Notes under the pieces: model-generated
What the model was told of the DNA's origin: nothing
Databases searched by the model: none
The model's input: only the letters and a program-made list of their open reading frames with translations
Program-made: the position numbers and the translations under genes
Part shown: positions 1-8,329 of the stretch, piece by piece
How the letters are laid out: each line of letters opens with the position of its first letter
How positions within the stretch are numbered: the first letter of the stretch is position 1
Assembly: GCA_019694975.1 (NCBI GenBank)
Contig: JAIBAY010000004.1
Coordinates: 378,516-442,515, forward strand
Direction: 5' to 3'
DNA length: 64,000 bases
DNA from: Chitinophagales bacterium
GTDB lineage: Bacteria > Bacteroidota > Bacteroidia > Chitinophagales > UBA10324

Positions 1-1
1 T

Positions 2-526
2 GCGCAGGCATTAGGTATTGGCATTGATCCTGCTACCGGAAAAACGATCGTCACCGGCGCCAATACCATCATGTATCATTATGCCGGTGCCGCATCAGGC
101 GCCTTGTTTTGCGGCATGCTCAGCCAGTATCTTCAAAGCCGTAAGAAGGCACTGCTGTATTTTCTTATTGCGGACACCATTTGTGTCTTTGCCTTTGTCT
201 CCCTCAGCGGTATCTCCGTTCCCATGTTTTACTTTTTTTCTTTTCTCTTCGGCATTGCCAACGGATACTGGTCGGTCTTCATGACCGTAGCCTCCGAAGC
301 ATTTGGCACCAACATACGTGCTACGGTCACCACCACCACTCCCAACTTTGTGCGCGGCGCGGTGGTGCCGATGACTTCTGTTTTCTTATGGGTCGAAGGT
401 TATTCGGGCAGCATTATCACGGCGGCACTGTCCGTTGGCATCGTGGTGCTGCTCCTGGCCTTTGTGGCGCTGTGGCGAACAACAGAAACCTATGGCAAAG
501 ACCTCGACTATATCGAAAACAGTTAA
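2..526 (+). CDS. MFS-type transporter, C-terminal part (5' end lies outside the window)
   Basis: The frame is open from base 2 with no stop before the ATG at 71. The product is a series of hydrophobic helices (FLFGIANGYWSVFMTVASEAFGTNIRATV, VGIVVLLLAFVALW) typical of the last TMs of MFS permeases. Confidence 0.7.
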   Translation, partial: AQALGIGIDPATGKTIVTGANTIMYHYAGAASGALFCGMLSQYLQSRKKALLYFLIADTICVFAFVSLSGISVPMFYFFSFLFGIANGYWSVFMTVASEAFGTNIRATVTTTTPNFVRGAVVPMTSVFLWVEGYSGSIITAALSVGIVVLLLAFVALWRTTETYGKDLDYIENS

Positions 527-660
527 GCAGTTGGCTTATGTCATGTACTGAAAGACAAGCATGTTGATTGAAAAATCAGGAAACCGTGTCATCGTAAATT
601 ATCTATCATTGCAAATCCATCTTCATAACCCAACTTACTTTCATTCTTTATTCCCCTGCC

Positions 661-2607
661 ATGCAAGGACAACTACGTGTAAACATCGAAAACCTCACAC
701 CGCAGCTCGACGGTGGCCGATACTGTATTAAACGCATTGCCGGAGAACGCGTGACGCTGGAAGCTGATATCTTCTCCGACGGCCATGATGAAATCAATGC
801 GCGAATCGCCTATAAACATGCCGCCGCTGACGATTGGCAGTATGTTGCCATGGAAGCCACTGAAAATGATCATTGGAAAGGAAGTTTCGTGGTGGAAGTG
901 ATGGGATTCTGGGATTTCAGGATACAAGCATGGGTAGACCATGCCATGACCTGGCAACACGATCTGAAAAAACGGGTTAAGGGGAAACAGGTTGTTACCG
1001 TTGAACTGCTCATCGGTGCCAACCACCTTGAAAGAATGCTGAAGAAGGCAACCCGCCGGGAGAAAACGGAAATCACTAAAGTAATTGCATTGTTTCGTGA
1101 TGAGCGTAAATATGAAAAAGCCGTTGAGGAAGCACTGAGTCAGCAGGTGGCACAATGGATCCGGAAATATCCTGACGATTCCATCATCACTGAATATCCT
1201 GTCAGCGGACAGGTTTTCGCCGATCGTAAGAAAGCGGGTTTCAGCACCTGGTATGAATTGTTTCCGCGTTCCACCTCTTTCACACTGGGCAAACATGGCA
1301 ATTTTGGCGATGTGGAGAAAGTATTGCCCAGGCTAGAAGAGATGGGAATTGATGTCCTGTATCTTCCGCCTATTCATCCCATCGGCGTCTCCAACCGGAA
1401 AGGCAAGAATAATGCTACCGTAGCCAAAAAGGGGGAATGTGGTTCGCCGTGGGCTATTGGTTCAGCGGATGGCGGACATAAATCCATCCATAAAGAACTC
1501 GGTACACTGGAGCAGTTTCACCACCTGGTAAAAACCGCCGCTTCGCATGGCATTGAAATAGCGCTGGATTATGCATTGCAATGTTCACCCGATCATCCAT
1601 ATGTTAAAGAACACCCGGAATGGTTTACCTGGCGGCCCGATGGCACGGTGCAGTATGCTGAAAATCCGCCGAAAAAATACCAGGATGTTTTACCGATAAA
1701 TTTTGAAACGGCCGATTGGGAGAACCTCTGGCAGGAATTAAAGAGTATCGTTGATTTCTGGATTGAACAAGGTGTTAAGATTTTCAGGGTGGACAATCCG
1801 CATACCAAGCCTTTTCCATTCTGGGAATGGCTGATCCGTGAAGTCAAACAGGAACATCCTGAAGTATTGTTTCTTGCAGAAGCCTTTACGAGGCCAAAAG
1901 TGATGCAGCTGCTGGGCAAACTCGGATTCTCGCAATCATATACCTACTATACCTGGCGCAATACCAAACAGGAGATTACTTCCTACCTGCAGGAGCTCAC
2001 GCAAACAGCCATGCGCGATTACTTCAGGCCCAATTTCTGGCCCAATACGCCCGACATCAATCCATACATGCTACAAAGCGGACTCGAATCGCAATTTATT
2101 GCAAGGTTTTTTATGGCTGCCACACTCAGCTCCAGCTATGGATTTTACGGTCCGGTGTACGAGATGATGGTGCATGATGCTATTCCGGGAAAGGAAGAAT
2201 ACCTAAATTCAGAAAAGTATGAAGTGAAATGGTGGGACTGGGACGCAACCAATAAACTGAAAGAGCTGATATCCATCGTGAATGAAGCACGATTTGAAAA
2301 TGAAGCACTGCAACAAACCAATAACTTGCAGTTCTGCGAAACCGGCAACGATAAGCTCATCGCTTATTTCAAGCAAAATGATCATGGCACCAACTCAATG
2401 CTGATGATCGTCAGTCTCGACCCATACTATAAGCAAGGTGGTTATGTGAAGGTACCGATGCACCTGTTCGGGAAAAATGATCATCAGGCCTATAAAGTGC
2501 ACGATCTCATCAATGATGCATCATACACCTGGCACCGCGAATGGAATTATGTTGAACTGGATCCGTATGTGATGCCCTGCCATTTATTCAGGATAGAAGA
2601 GATATAA
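661..2607 (+). CDS. glgE: alpha-1,4-glucan:maltose-1-phosphate maltosyltransferase (GlgE)
   Basis: 648-aa ORF. It has the GlgE-type N-terminal domain (DIFSDGHDEINARI, WDFRIQAWVDH, TWQHDLKKR), the FSTWYELFPRS motif and a GH13 core (IFRVDNPHTKP, LFLAEAFTRP). Confidence 0.9.
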   Translation: MQGQLRVNIENLTPQLDGGRYCIKRIAGERVTLEADIFSDGHDEINARIAYKHAAADDWQYVAMEATENDHWKGSFVVEVMGFWDFRIQAWVDHAMTWQHDLKKRVKGKQVVTVELLIGANHLERMLKKATRREKTEITKVIALFRDERKYEKAVEEALSQQVAQWIRKYPDDSIITEYPVSGQVFADRKKAGFSTWYELFPRSTSFTLGKHGNFGDVEKVLPRLEEMGIDVLYLPPIHPIGVSNRKGKNNATVAKKGECGSPWAIGSADGGHKSIHKELGTLEQFHHLVKTAASHGIEIALDYALQCSPDHPYVKEHPEWFTWRPDGTVQYAENPPKKYQDVLPINFETADWENLWQELKSIVDFWIEQGVKIFRVDNPHTKPFPFWEWLIREVKQEHPEVLFLAEAFTRPKVMQLLGKLGFSQSYTYYTWRNTKQEITSYLQELTQTAMRDYFRPNFWPNTPDINPYMLQSGLESQFIARFFMAATLSSSYGFYGPVYEMMVHDAIPGKEEYLNSEKYEVKWWDWDATNKLKELISIVNEARFENEALQQTNNLQFCETGNDKLIAYFKQNDHGTNSMLMIVSLDPYYKQGGYVKVPMHLFGKNDHQAYKVHDLINDASYTWHREWNYVELDPYVMPCHLFRIEEI

Positions 2608-2644
2608 AGAAAAATTGAACAGATAGATCAGCGGGGCAGATTGC

Positions 2645-2812
2645 ATTGGATATTGAATATTGATTATTGAATATTGATTATTGAATATTGAATATTGATT
2701 ATTGGATATTGAATATTGAATATTCAACACCCAACACTCAACACCCAACACTCAACATTCAACACTCAACATTCAACATCCAACACTCAACACTCAATAT
2801 TCAATTTTCAAT
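2645..2812 (-). repeat. Family-1 long AT-rich hairpin repeat (TGAATAT heptads / CAACACTCAA arm), copy H1
   Basis: The left arm is (TTGAATATTGA)n and the right arm is (TCAACACYCAACA)n, centred at 2721/2722. The arm mismatches are almost all A:C on the + strand, which become G:U on the - strand. Strand here denotes the strand on which the RNA fold is best. Confidence 0.8.
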
Positions 2813-2886
2813 ACGAATAGTCGGACTTAGTTATGAATTTAATCTTACGATGCTATCATATTTTATCCCTATAAAAACCAACTTTT

Positions 2887-3261
2887 ATGAAATTTGATTT
2901 ACAGAATCGATTAGTTGACTTTACAGTCCAATGTTGTGATTTAGCTGAGTCATTGCCAAAGACAAGAACGGGAAACTATTTAGCTGATCATTTGATACGT
3001 GCGGGAATCTCTCCCTCGCTGAACTATTCAGAAGCTACCAGTGCAGAATCCGCAAATGATTTTGTGCATAAAATGAAAATTTGCATAAAAGAGCTGCGCG
3101 AAACAATGATTTGCATGGCCATAATCATAAAGAAGAAAATTCTTCCTCATCATGAATCAATAGCAAGACTGATGAAAGAAAATGACGAATTAATAGCTAT
3201 ATTTCATAAAAGCATCGACACTGCGAAATCAAATATTGAAAAGTTTGGAAAAGGAAAGTAA
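2887..3261 (+). CDS. four-helix-bundle protein (23S rRNA intervening-sequence protein / Avd-like family)
   Basis: 124-aa ORF with the family pattern (LIRAGISPSLNYSEA, FVHKMKICIKELRET). It is small and AT-rich, and is bracketed by repeat copies H1 and H2. Confidence 0.78.
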   Translation: MKFDLQNRLVDFTVQCCDLAESLPKTRTGNYLADHLIRAGISPSLNYSEATSAESANDFVHKMKICIKELRETMICMAIIIKKKILPHHESIARLMKENDELIAIFHKSIDTAKSNIEKFGKGK

Positions 3262-3304
3262 GCAGTGTTTCTTAGATGAATGTGCATCAGATGCTTTCAT
3301 TGAC

Positions 3305-3470
3305 ATTCAATCATTCATCATTGAATATTGAATATTGGATATTGAATATTGGATATTGAATATTGAATATTCAACACTCAACACTCAACATTCAACATTC
3401 AACACTCAACACTCAACACGCAACGCTAACTACTCACTTTTAACTTTTCACCACTCACCACTCACCAAAC
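3305..3470 (-). repeat. Family-1 hairpin repeat, copy H2 (with CACTCAC-rich tail)
   Basis: Same arm order as H1 (TTGAATATTGG... then CAACACTCAACA...). The tail ACTACTCAC...CACCACTCACCACTCACC is the reverse complement of the head of the copy at 47117. Confidence 0.8.
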
Positions 3471-3476
3471 CCAACC

Positions 3477-5069
3477 ATGACCGAAGCACCCGAAAACAAA
3501 ACAGATCTTGTGCTGGAACTGTCAAAACCCTGGCCTGAATTTCCACATGATATAGCAGCCACCGAACAACTGGAAAAAGCGATGTTGCCGGCATATATTC
3601 GTTCATGCCGTTGGTTTGGTGGCAAGGCAAGACGCATCACTGCCGTATGTCTCGACAGCGTGCTCACGATTACAGCTCCGGCAGCGGCCGGTGAACAGGT
3701 GTTTCACCTGATGATTGTGAAAGCCAAATACAAAACCGGTAAACTTGAGCAATACCTGCTGCCCTTGTCGATTGTTCCGGCCAGCCCTGCTGATGAAATC
3801 AATCTGAAGGGAATTATCGGCACCGTGAGGACAGATGACAAGGAGCTGCTGCTCATTGATGCCATTTATGATGAAGCCTTCAGAAAGACGTTGTTTCACC
3901 ATCTCTTTCATTCTTCCGCTATCAAACAGGCAAACGGCTCCCTTTTCTTCAAAAAAGGAAAAGCCTTCCGGGAAAGCGATTTCTCTGAAAACATTTCATC
4001 ACGCGTACTCGATGCCGATCAAAGTAATTCATCGCTGATTTTTGGTGAGAAATATTTCATGAAGATCTACCGAAAGCTTTTCAGGGAAACCAATCCTGAC
4101 GTGGAGGTAGTAAGTTTCTTAACTGAGAAAGCCGGCTATGCTCACATTCCGGCTTTTGCCGGCAGCTTCGGCTGGAAAAAGGCTTACAGCGCACCCGTCA
4201 CTTTTGGCATGATGCAGGAAAAAGTGGAAAGCATAAAAGATGTATGGTCGCTGGTGGGGGACTATCTCAATGAATATATTTTTGGCGTGGCGGATGGAAC
4301 TAAAACCGTGAATCAGTTTGTGCTTGACCATGTAGGTTTGCTTGCTACAAGAACCGCTGAGATGCATTTGGGACTCGGCTGCGACGCAAATGATCCTGCT
4401 TTTGCACCCGAACCGTTCACCGACGAATACCGCGACTGGCTGTTTGCACATTTTGAATCGCTGCTGAAACGGCGACTGCAGCTGGCAAAGGAAAATTTCA
4501 ATGCACTGGATGAAAAAGGAAAACCACTCGCTGAGCTTTTTATGCAGCAGGCCGATGCCATCCGCAACTTCTTCCTGCGCATCAAAACTCAACCGGTGCA
4601 ATCACTGCGCACCCGCATTCATGGCGATTACCATCTCGGGCAGGTATTATATAACGGAAGCGATTACATCATTCTTGATTTTGAGGGAGAGCCGGAAAGT
4701 TCCATCAGCGACCGGAAGATCAAACATACTCCTTTAAAAGACGTTGCGGGCATGCTGCGGTCATTCCATTATGCCGTGAGTGCCAAACTATATTTCAGCC
4801 CTGAAACCCAAAACATCAGTGACGAACTGATGGACGAGGCCGCGCAGCATTGGTATAAAGTTGTTTCGGAAACATATCTGCAGCATTATTTCAAAGTGAT
4901 GGAAGGTTCAGCCCTGATCAGCAGTGATAAAAGTGAGCAGGCTTTCCTGTTGCAAATGCATTTGCTCGAAAAAGCGATTTATGAATTGGGATATGAATTT
5001 AACGGAAGGCCTGCATGGGTCAAGATTCCGTTAAAGGGAATAGAACAGGTGTTGAAGGAATTGAGTTAG
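3477..5069 (+). CDS. mak: maltokinase (Mak/Pep2-like, maltose 1-phosphate forming)
   Basis: 530-aa ORF. The C-terminal APH-like kinase core carries RIHGDYHLGQVL and ILDFEGEP motifs. It lies between glgE and glgB. Confidence 0.8.
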   Translation: MTEAPENKTDLVLELSKPWPEFPHDIAATEQLEKAMLPAYIRSCRWFGGKARRITAVCLDSVLTITAPAAAGEQVFHLMIVKAKYKTGKLEQYLLPLSIVPASPADEINLKGIIGTVRTDDKELLLIDAIYDEAFRKTLFHHLFHSSAIKQANGSLFFKKGKAFRESDFSENISSRVLDADQSNSSLIFGEKYFMKIYRKLFRETNPDVEVVSFLTEKAGYAHIPAFAGSFGWKKAYSAPVTFGMMQEKVESIKDVWSLVGDYLNEYIFGVADGTKTVNQFVLDHVGLLATRTAEMHLGLGCDANDPAFAPEPFTDEYRDWLFAHFESLLKRRLQLAKENFNALDEKGKPLAELFMQQADAIRNFFLRIKTQPVQSLRTRIHGDYHLGQVLYNGSDYIILDFEGEPESSISDRKIKHTPLKDVAGMLRSFHYAVSAKLYFSPETQNISDELMDEAAQHWYKVVSETYLQHYFKVMEGSALISSDKSEQAFLLQMHLLEKAIYELGYEFNGRPAWVKIPLKGIEQVLKELS

Positions 5070-5110
5070 CGTTTGCACCATCCATAGGATGGATCCAGAC
5101 ACAGAAAAGA

Positions 5111-5190
5111 ATTGAGTGCTGAATATTGAATTTTCAATACTGGATATTGAAAATTTTGATACACTCAACACTCAATTTTTAATAACCAAT
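5111..5190. repeat. Family-1 hairpin repeat, short copy H3
   Basis: ATTGAGTGCTGAATATTGAATTTTCAATACTGGATATTGAAAATTTTGATACACTCAACACTCAAT. It has an outer stem ATTGAGTG/CACTCAAT and an inner stem GAATATTGAA/TCAATAC. Confidence 0.6.
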
Positions 5191-5368
5191 TTTTGTCCAC
5201 TTACGACGTCCCTTCCGACTACCTTTAGCATTTAACTCTCTATTTTCTTATCCTCAGAAAAGTTGCAGTGAAAGCGCAAGCACAAACTATATTAAGAGCC
5301 AAAGTAGTGGCGAATCAAAAACGTGTTTCTTAAAATATTTATTATTTTTCACAAATAAAATAAGCTTT

Positions 5369-5791
5369 ATGGAAACTACTCCAAATTCTCAATCACGAAC
5401 TGAATTAGATTCTGCACGTTTTCTTAAGATGCAATCAAATCTCCATCAAGTTCTTTCTGAATTAAATGAAGGAACATGGATTCGTTTATTAAAGAATGGT
5501 GTCTGGCGCATTTTTCAACTGATCTCCTGGCTGATGTGCATTGCCATGTTGATATTTGCATTTTGGATACCAACAACATTAAATGCTATGATTTATTCAG
5601 ACCAGGATACGCAAATTTCACTTCATGCAAGCAATACGGAATTTTCAGCTATCATTTGGGCCGTCAAAGCAATTTTTATTGTCTCAGGATTAACCTTTGC
5701 TATTATAGCCGTTCTTATTGGAGGAATTGTTTCGCGAAATAATCGATTGCAATCAATCTTTGAAAGATTTAAGCAGATTGATGTGATGTAA
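5369..5791 (+). CDS. hypothetical small membrane protein (2-3 TM)
   Basis: 140-aa ORF with hydrophobic segments (ISWLMCIAMLIFAFWIP, IFIVSGLTFAIIAVLIGGIV). It is AT-rich, has no recognisable motif, and is inserted between mak and glgB. Confidence 0.5.
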   Translation: METTPNSQSRTELDSARFLKMQSNLHQVLSELNEGTWIRLLKNGVWRIFQLISWLMCIAMLIFAFWIPTTLNAMIYSDQDTQISLHASNTEFSAIIWAVKAIFIVSGLTFAIIAVLIGGIVSRNNRLQSIFERFKQIDVM

Positions 5792-5807
5792 GTTTTAAAC
5801 TTTGGTA

Positions 5808-5975
5808 CTCCGTTAGTCCGGATTTTTTTCCAATCCGGACTAACGGAGAAGAGGATTTCTAATCCTCACATATTTCACAAAGCTTCACAGCACCTCTCCG
5901 ATAGTCCGGACCTTTTTCCAATCCGGACCTGATGACAAAAGGATTTGTTAGTCCTCGCTATTTCTCGAACTTTCA
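5808..5975 (-). repeat. Family-2 mosaic repeat (terminal two-hairpin module), two tandem ~85-bp units in reverse orientation
   Basis: Unit 1 has a perfect 17-bp stem, CTCCGTTAGTCCGGATT (5808-5824) / AATCCGGACTAACGGAG (5832-5848), followed by AGGATTTCTAATCCT. Unit 2 (about 5893-5975) is a diverged copy. The reverse complement matches GGATTAAAAAATC...CCGGATTGGAAATAAATCCGGACTAAC at 30760-30818. Confidence 0.8.
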
Positions 5976-6215
5976 CAGTCCTTCCCATACTCTATAAATC
6001 TTATCTTGCCCAGGTTTAGCGAAGCATGACACGTTTCTTATTCGATAAGAAAGATCCCGCTATTCTTCATGGCAAAGCAGTATTTTTCAATGAGTAATTC
6101 CACCCCGCTGTCTCATTCTGATGAAAACAGCGGGTTAGGTATTACTTTTAGGAAAAAGTCCGTGTAATAACAGATACCATTCAAAAAAATGAAAACAGCA
6201 CAATAGCTGATAAAT

Positions 6216-8285
6216 ATGGATACAACTACTGGTGAAACAATTACCGATGTACAACAGGAAACCTTACTTCCTGTTGAAGGCTATTCACTGCTTACCGCTT
6301 ACGACATTGATCTTTTCAAGTCGGGCAAACATTATAAGCTGTATGAAAAGCTGGGCGCACACCTCGTTGAATACAAAAACACACAAGGCACCTGTTTCGC
6401 CGTCTGGGCGCCCAATGCCGCCATGGTTTCGGTAATCGGTAACTGGAATGGATGGAATAATCAGTCCCATAAACTGATTGCGCGTGGCGATGAGTCGGGC
6501 ATATGGGAAGGCTTCATTCCACACATTGGCAAAGGAGAAGCCTACAAGTATTACATACAATCCAACTTCGGCGGGGCAGCTTTTGAAAAGGGAGATCCTT
6601 TCGCATTTTATTGGGAACAGCCGCCGAAGACAGCTTCCATCGTTTGGGATACCTGGAAAGAATGGAGCGACGATGCCTGGATGGAATTCAGGAAGACAAA
6701 GAACAAACTCAATCAGCCGTTTTCGGTGTATGAAGTGCATCTCGGTTCGTGGCGGAGAAGCCCGGATGATCCTGATAAAGTGCTCGACTATAAACAGCTG
6801 GCGGAAGAATTATCGAAGTATGTGAAAGAAATGAATTTCACCCATGTGGAATTGCTGCCCGTGATGGAACATCCGTTCTATGGTTCATGGGGTTACCAGG
6901 TGACCGGATTTTTTGCACCCAGCTCCAGGTTCGGCGAGCCGCAGGATTTCATGCAGCTCATTGAAACATTGCACAAAAACGGCATCGGTGTCATCCTCGA
7001 TTGGGTGCCTTCCCATTTCCCGGGCGATGGCCACGGTTTGATTTATTTTGACGGCACGGCATTATATGAACATGCTGATCCCAGGAAGGGTTTTCACCCC
7101 GACTGGAACAGCTACATTTTCAATTACGGCAGAAATGAAGTGCGGTCGTTCCTGTTAAGCAATGCTTTTTTCTGGCTCGACCGTTATCATGCTGATGGAT
7201 TGAGAGTGGATGCCGTAGCATCCATGCTGTACCTCGATTATTCCCGCAAGCAGGGAGAATGGGAACCCAATATCCATGGAGGAAGAGAGAACCTCGAAGC
7301 CATTTCCTTTTTGCAGGAATTCAATACCGCCGTGTTTAAAGAGTTTCCGGATGTACAGACCATCGCCGAAGAATCCACCAGCTTTCCCAAAGTGACTCGG
7401 ATGGTTTCGGAAGGCGGACTGGGCTTCAGCATGAAATGGATGATGGGTTGGATGAATGACACGCTGAAATATTTTTCCACCGATCCCATCTACCGCAAAT
7501 ACCACCATAACCAGATTACTTTCAGCATCATGTATGCTTTCGCCGAAAATTTCATGTTGCCCTTTTCACACGATGAAGTGGTGCACCTGAAAAAATCGCT
7601 GCTCGATAAGATGCCGGGCGACCAGTGGCAGCAGTTTGCCAATATGCGGGCCATGCTCGTGTATATGTACACCCATCCGGGAACCAAGCTGCTATTCATG
7701 GGCGGCGAATTCGGGCAATACCGGGAATGGAACCACGAACAAAGTATAGACTGGCACCTGCTGGATTACAGTTCGCATAAAGGGTTGCAGCAACTCATGA
7801 AGGACCTCAATACGCTTTATACCAAAGAGCATGCGCTGTACGATAAAAATTTCTTACCCGACGGGTTTGAATGGATGAAGGTGGATGATGCGGAGCACAG
7901 CGTCCTCATCTATTGCAGGAAAGGCGTGAAAAAATCGGATGTCATGCTCATCGTGCTGAATCTCACTCCGGTGCCGCGTTATGATTACCGGACGGCTGTT
8001 CCGCTTCACGGTGAATGGAAAGAAATCCTTAATACCGATTCGGTGTACTACTGGGGAGCTGGGTTTACCACAAGAGGCAATGTGCATTCAGCAGCCACAC
8101 CGTGGGACGACAAGAGCCACTCCGTAGAAATTGACATTCCGCCGATGGCTGCCTTGCTGTTTAAGTATGTCGAAAAGCGGAAAAGACGGATCATGCCGTC
8201 GGAAGCGGAGATACTGCCGGTTGGCAAAAAGAAGGTATCCACTGCGAATGTGAAGAAACAAAAAGGCGTGAAAAAGAAAAACTGA
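6216..8285 (+). CDS. glgB: 1,4-alpha-glucan branching enzyme GlgB (with ~40-aa Lys/Arg-rich C-terminal tail)
   Basis: 689-aa ORF. Its GH13_9 motifs are AVWAPNA, GVILDWVPSHF, GLRVDAVASMLY, IAEESTSFP and FSHDEVVH. The tail is KRKRRIMPSEAEILPVGKKKVSTANVKKQKGVKKKN. Confidence 0.93.
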   Translation: MDTTTGETITDVQQETLLPVEGYSLLTAYDIDLFKSGKHYKLYEKLGAHLVEYKNTQGTCFAVWAPNAAMVSVIGNWNGWNNQSHKLIARGDESGIWEGFIPHIGKGEAYKYYIQSNFGGAAFEKGDPFAFYWEQPPKTASIVWDTWKEWSDDAWMEFRKTKNKLNQPFSVYEVHLGSWRRSPDDPDKVLDYKQLAEELSKYVKEMNFTHVELLPVMEHPFYGSWGYQVTGFFAPSSRFGEPQDFMQLIETLHKNGIGVILDWVPSHFPGDGHGLIYFDGTALYEHADPRKGFHPDWNSYIFNYGRNEVRSFLLSNAFFWLDRYHADGLRVDAVASMLYLDYSRKQGEWEPNIHGGRENLEAISFLQEFNTAVFKEFPDVQTIAEESTSFPKVTRMVSEGGLGFSMKWMMGWMNDTLKYFSTDPIYRKYHHNQITFSIMYAFAENFMLPFSHDEVVHLKKSLLDKMPGDQWQQFANMRAMLVYMYTHPGTKLLFMGGEFGQYREWNHEQSIDWHLLDYSSHKGLQQLMKDLNTLYTKEHALYDKNFLPDGFEWMKVDDAEHSVLIYCRKGVKKSDVMLIVLNLTPVPRYDYRTAVPLHGEWKEILNTDSVYYWGAGFTTRGNVHSAATPWDDKSHSVEIDIPPMAALLFKYVEKRKRRIMPSEAEILPVGKKKVSTANVKKQKGVKKKN

Positions 8286-8329
8286 GAAATCTTCGCTGTG
8301 TCTAATGATCCAGCAAGTTATGTTGAAAT

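Noticed and set aside
673-1296. A long antisense ORF (207 aa) inside glgE, with many similar antisense or off-frame ORFs inside glgB, the sulP gene, the OmpA/TSP3 gene and the SprB-repeat gene.
   Set aside because: Each is fully nested in a well-supported CDS on the other strand or frame. None has a recognisable motif, and those in repeat-rich genes simply inherit the repeat periodicity.
2887-3261. A diversity-generating retroelement. The four-helix-bundle protein is Avd-like and the nearby repeat arms differ at adenines.
   Set aside because: The window holds no reverse transcriptase, no TR/VR pair in a target gene and no IMH-like element. The arm differences are A/G transitions only, within inverted arms, rather than adenine-to-any substitutions between direct repeats.
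2688-3538. ORFs 2688..2897 and 3335..3538 (MNIDYWILNIEYSTPNTQH... and MDIEYWILNIEYSTLNTQH...), with similar ORFs at 8558..8746 and 47236..47418.
   Set aside because: They are read straight through the heptad repeats. The periodic low-complexity peptides mirror the DNA repeat, they occur on either strand depending on repeat orientation, and they overlap real gene starts.
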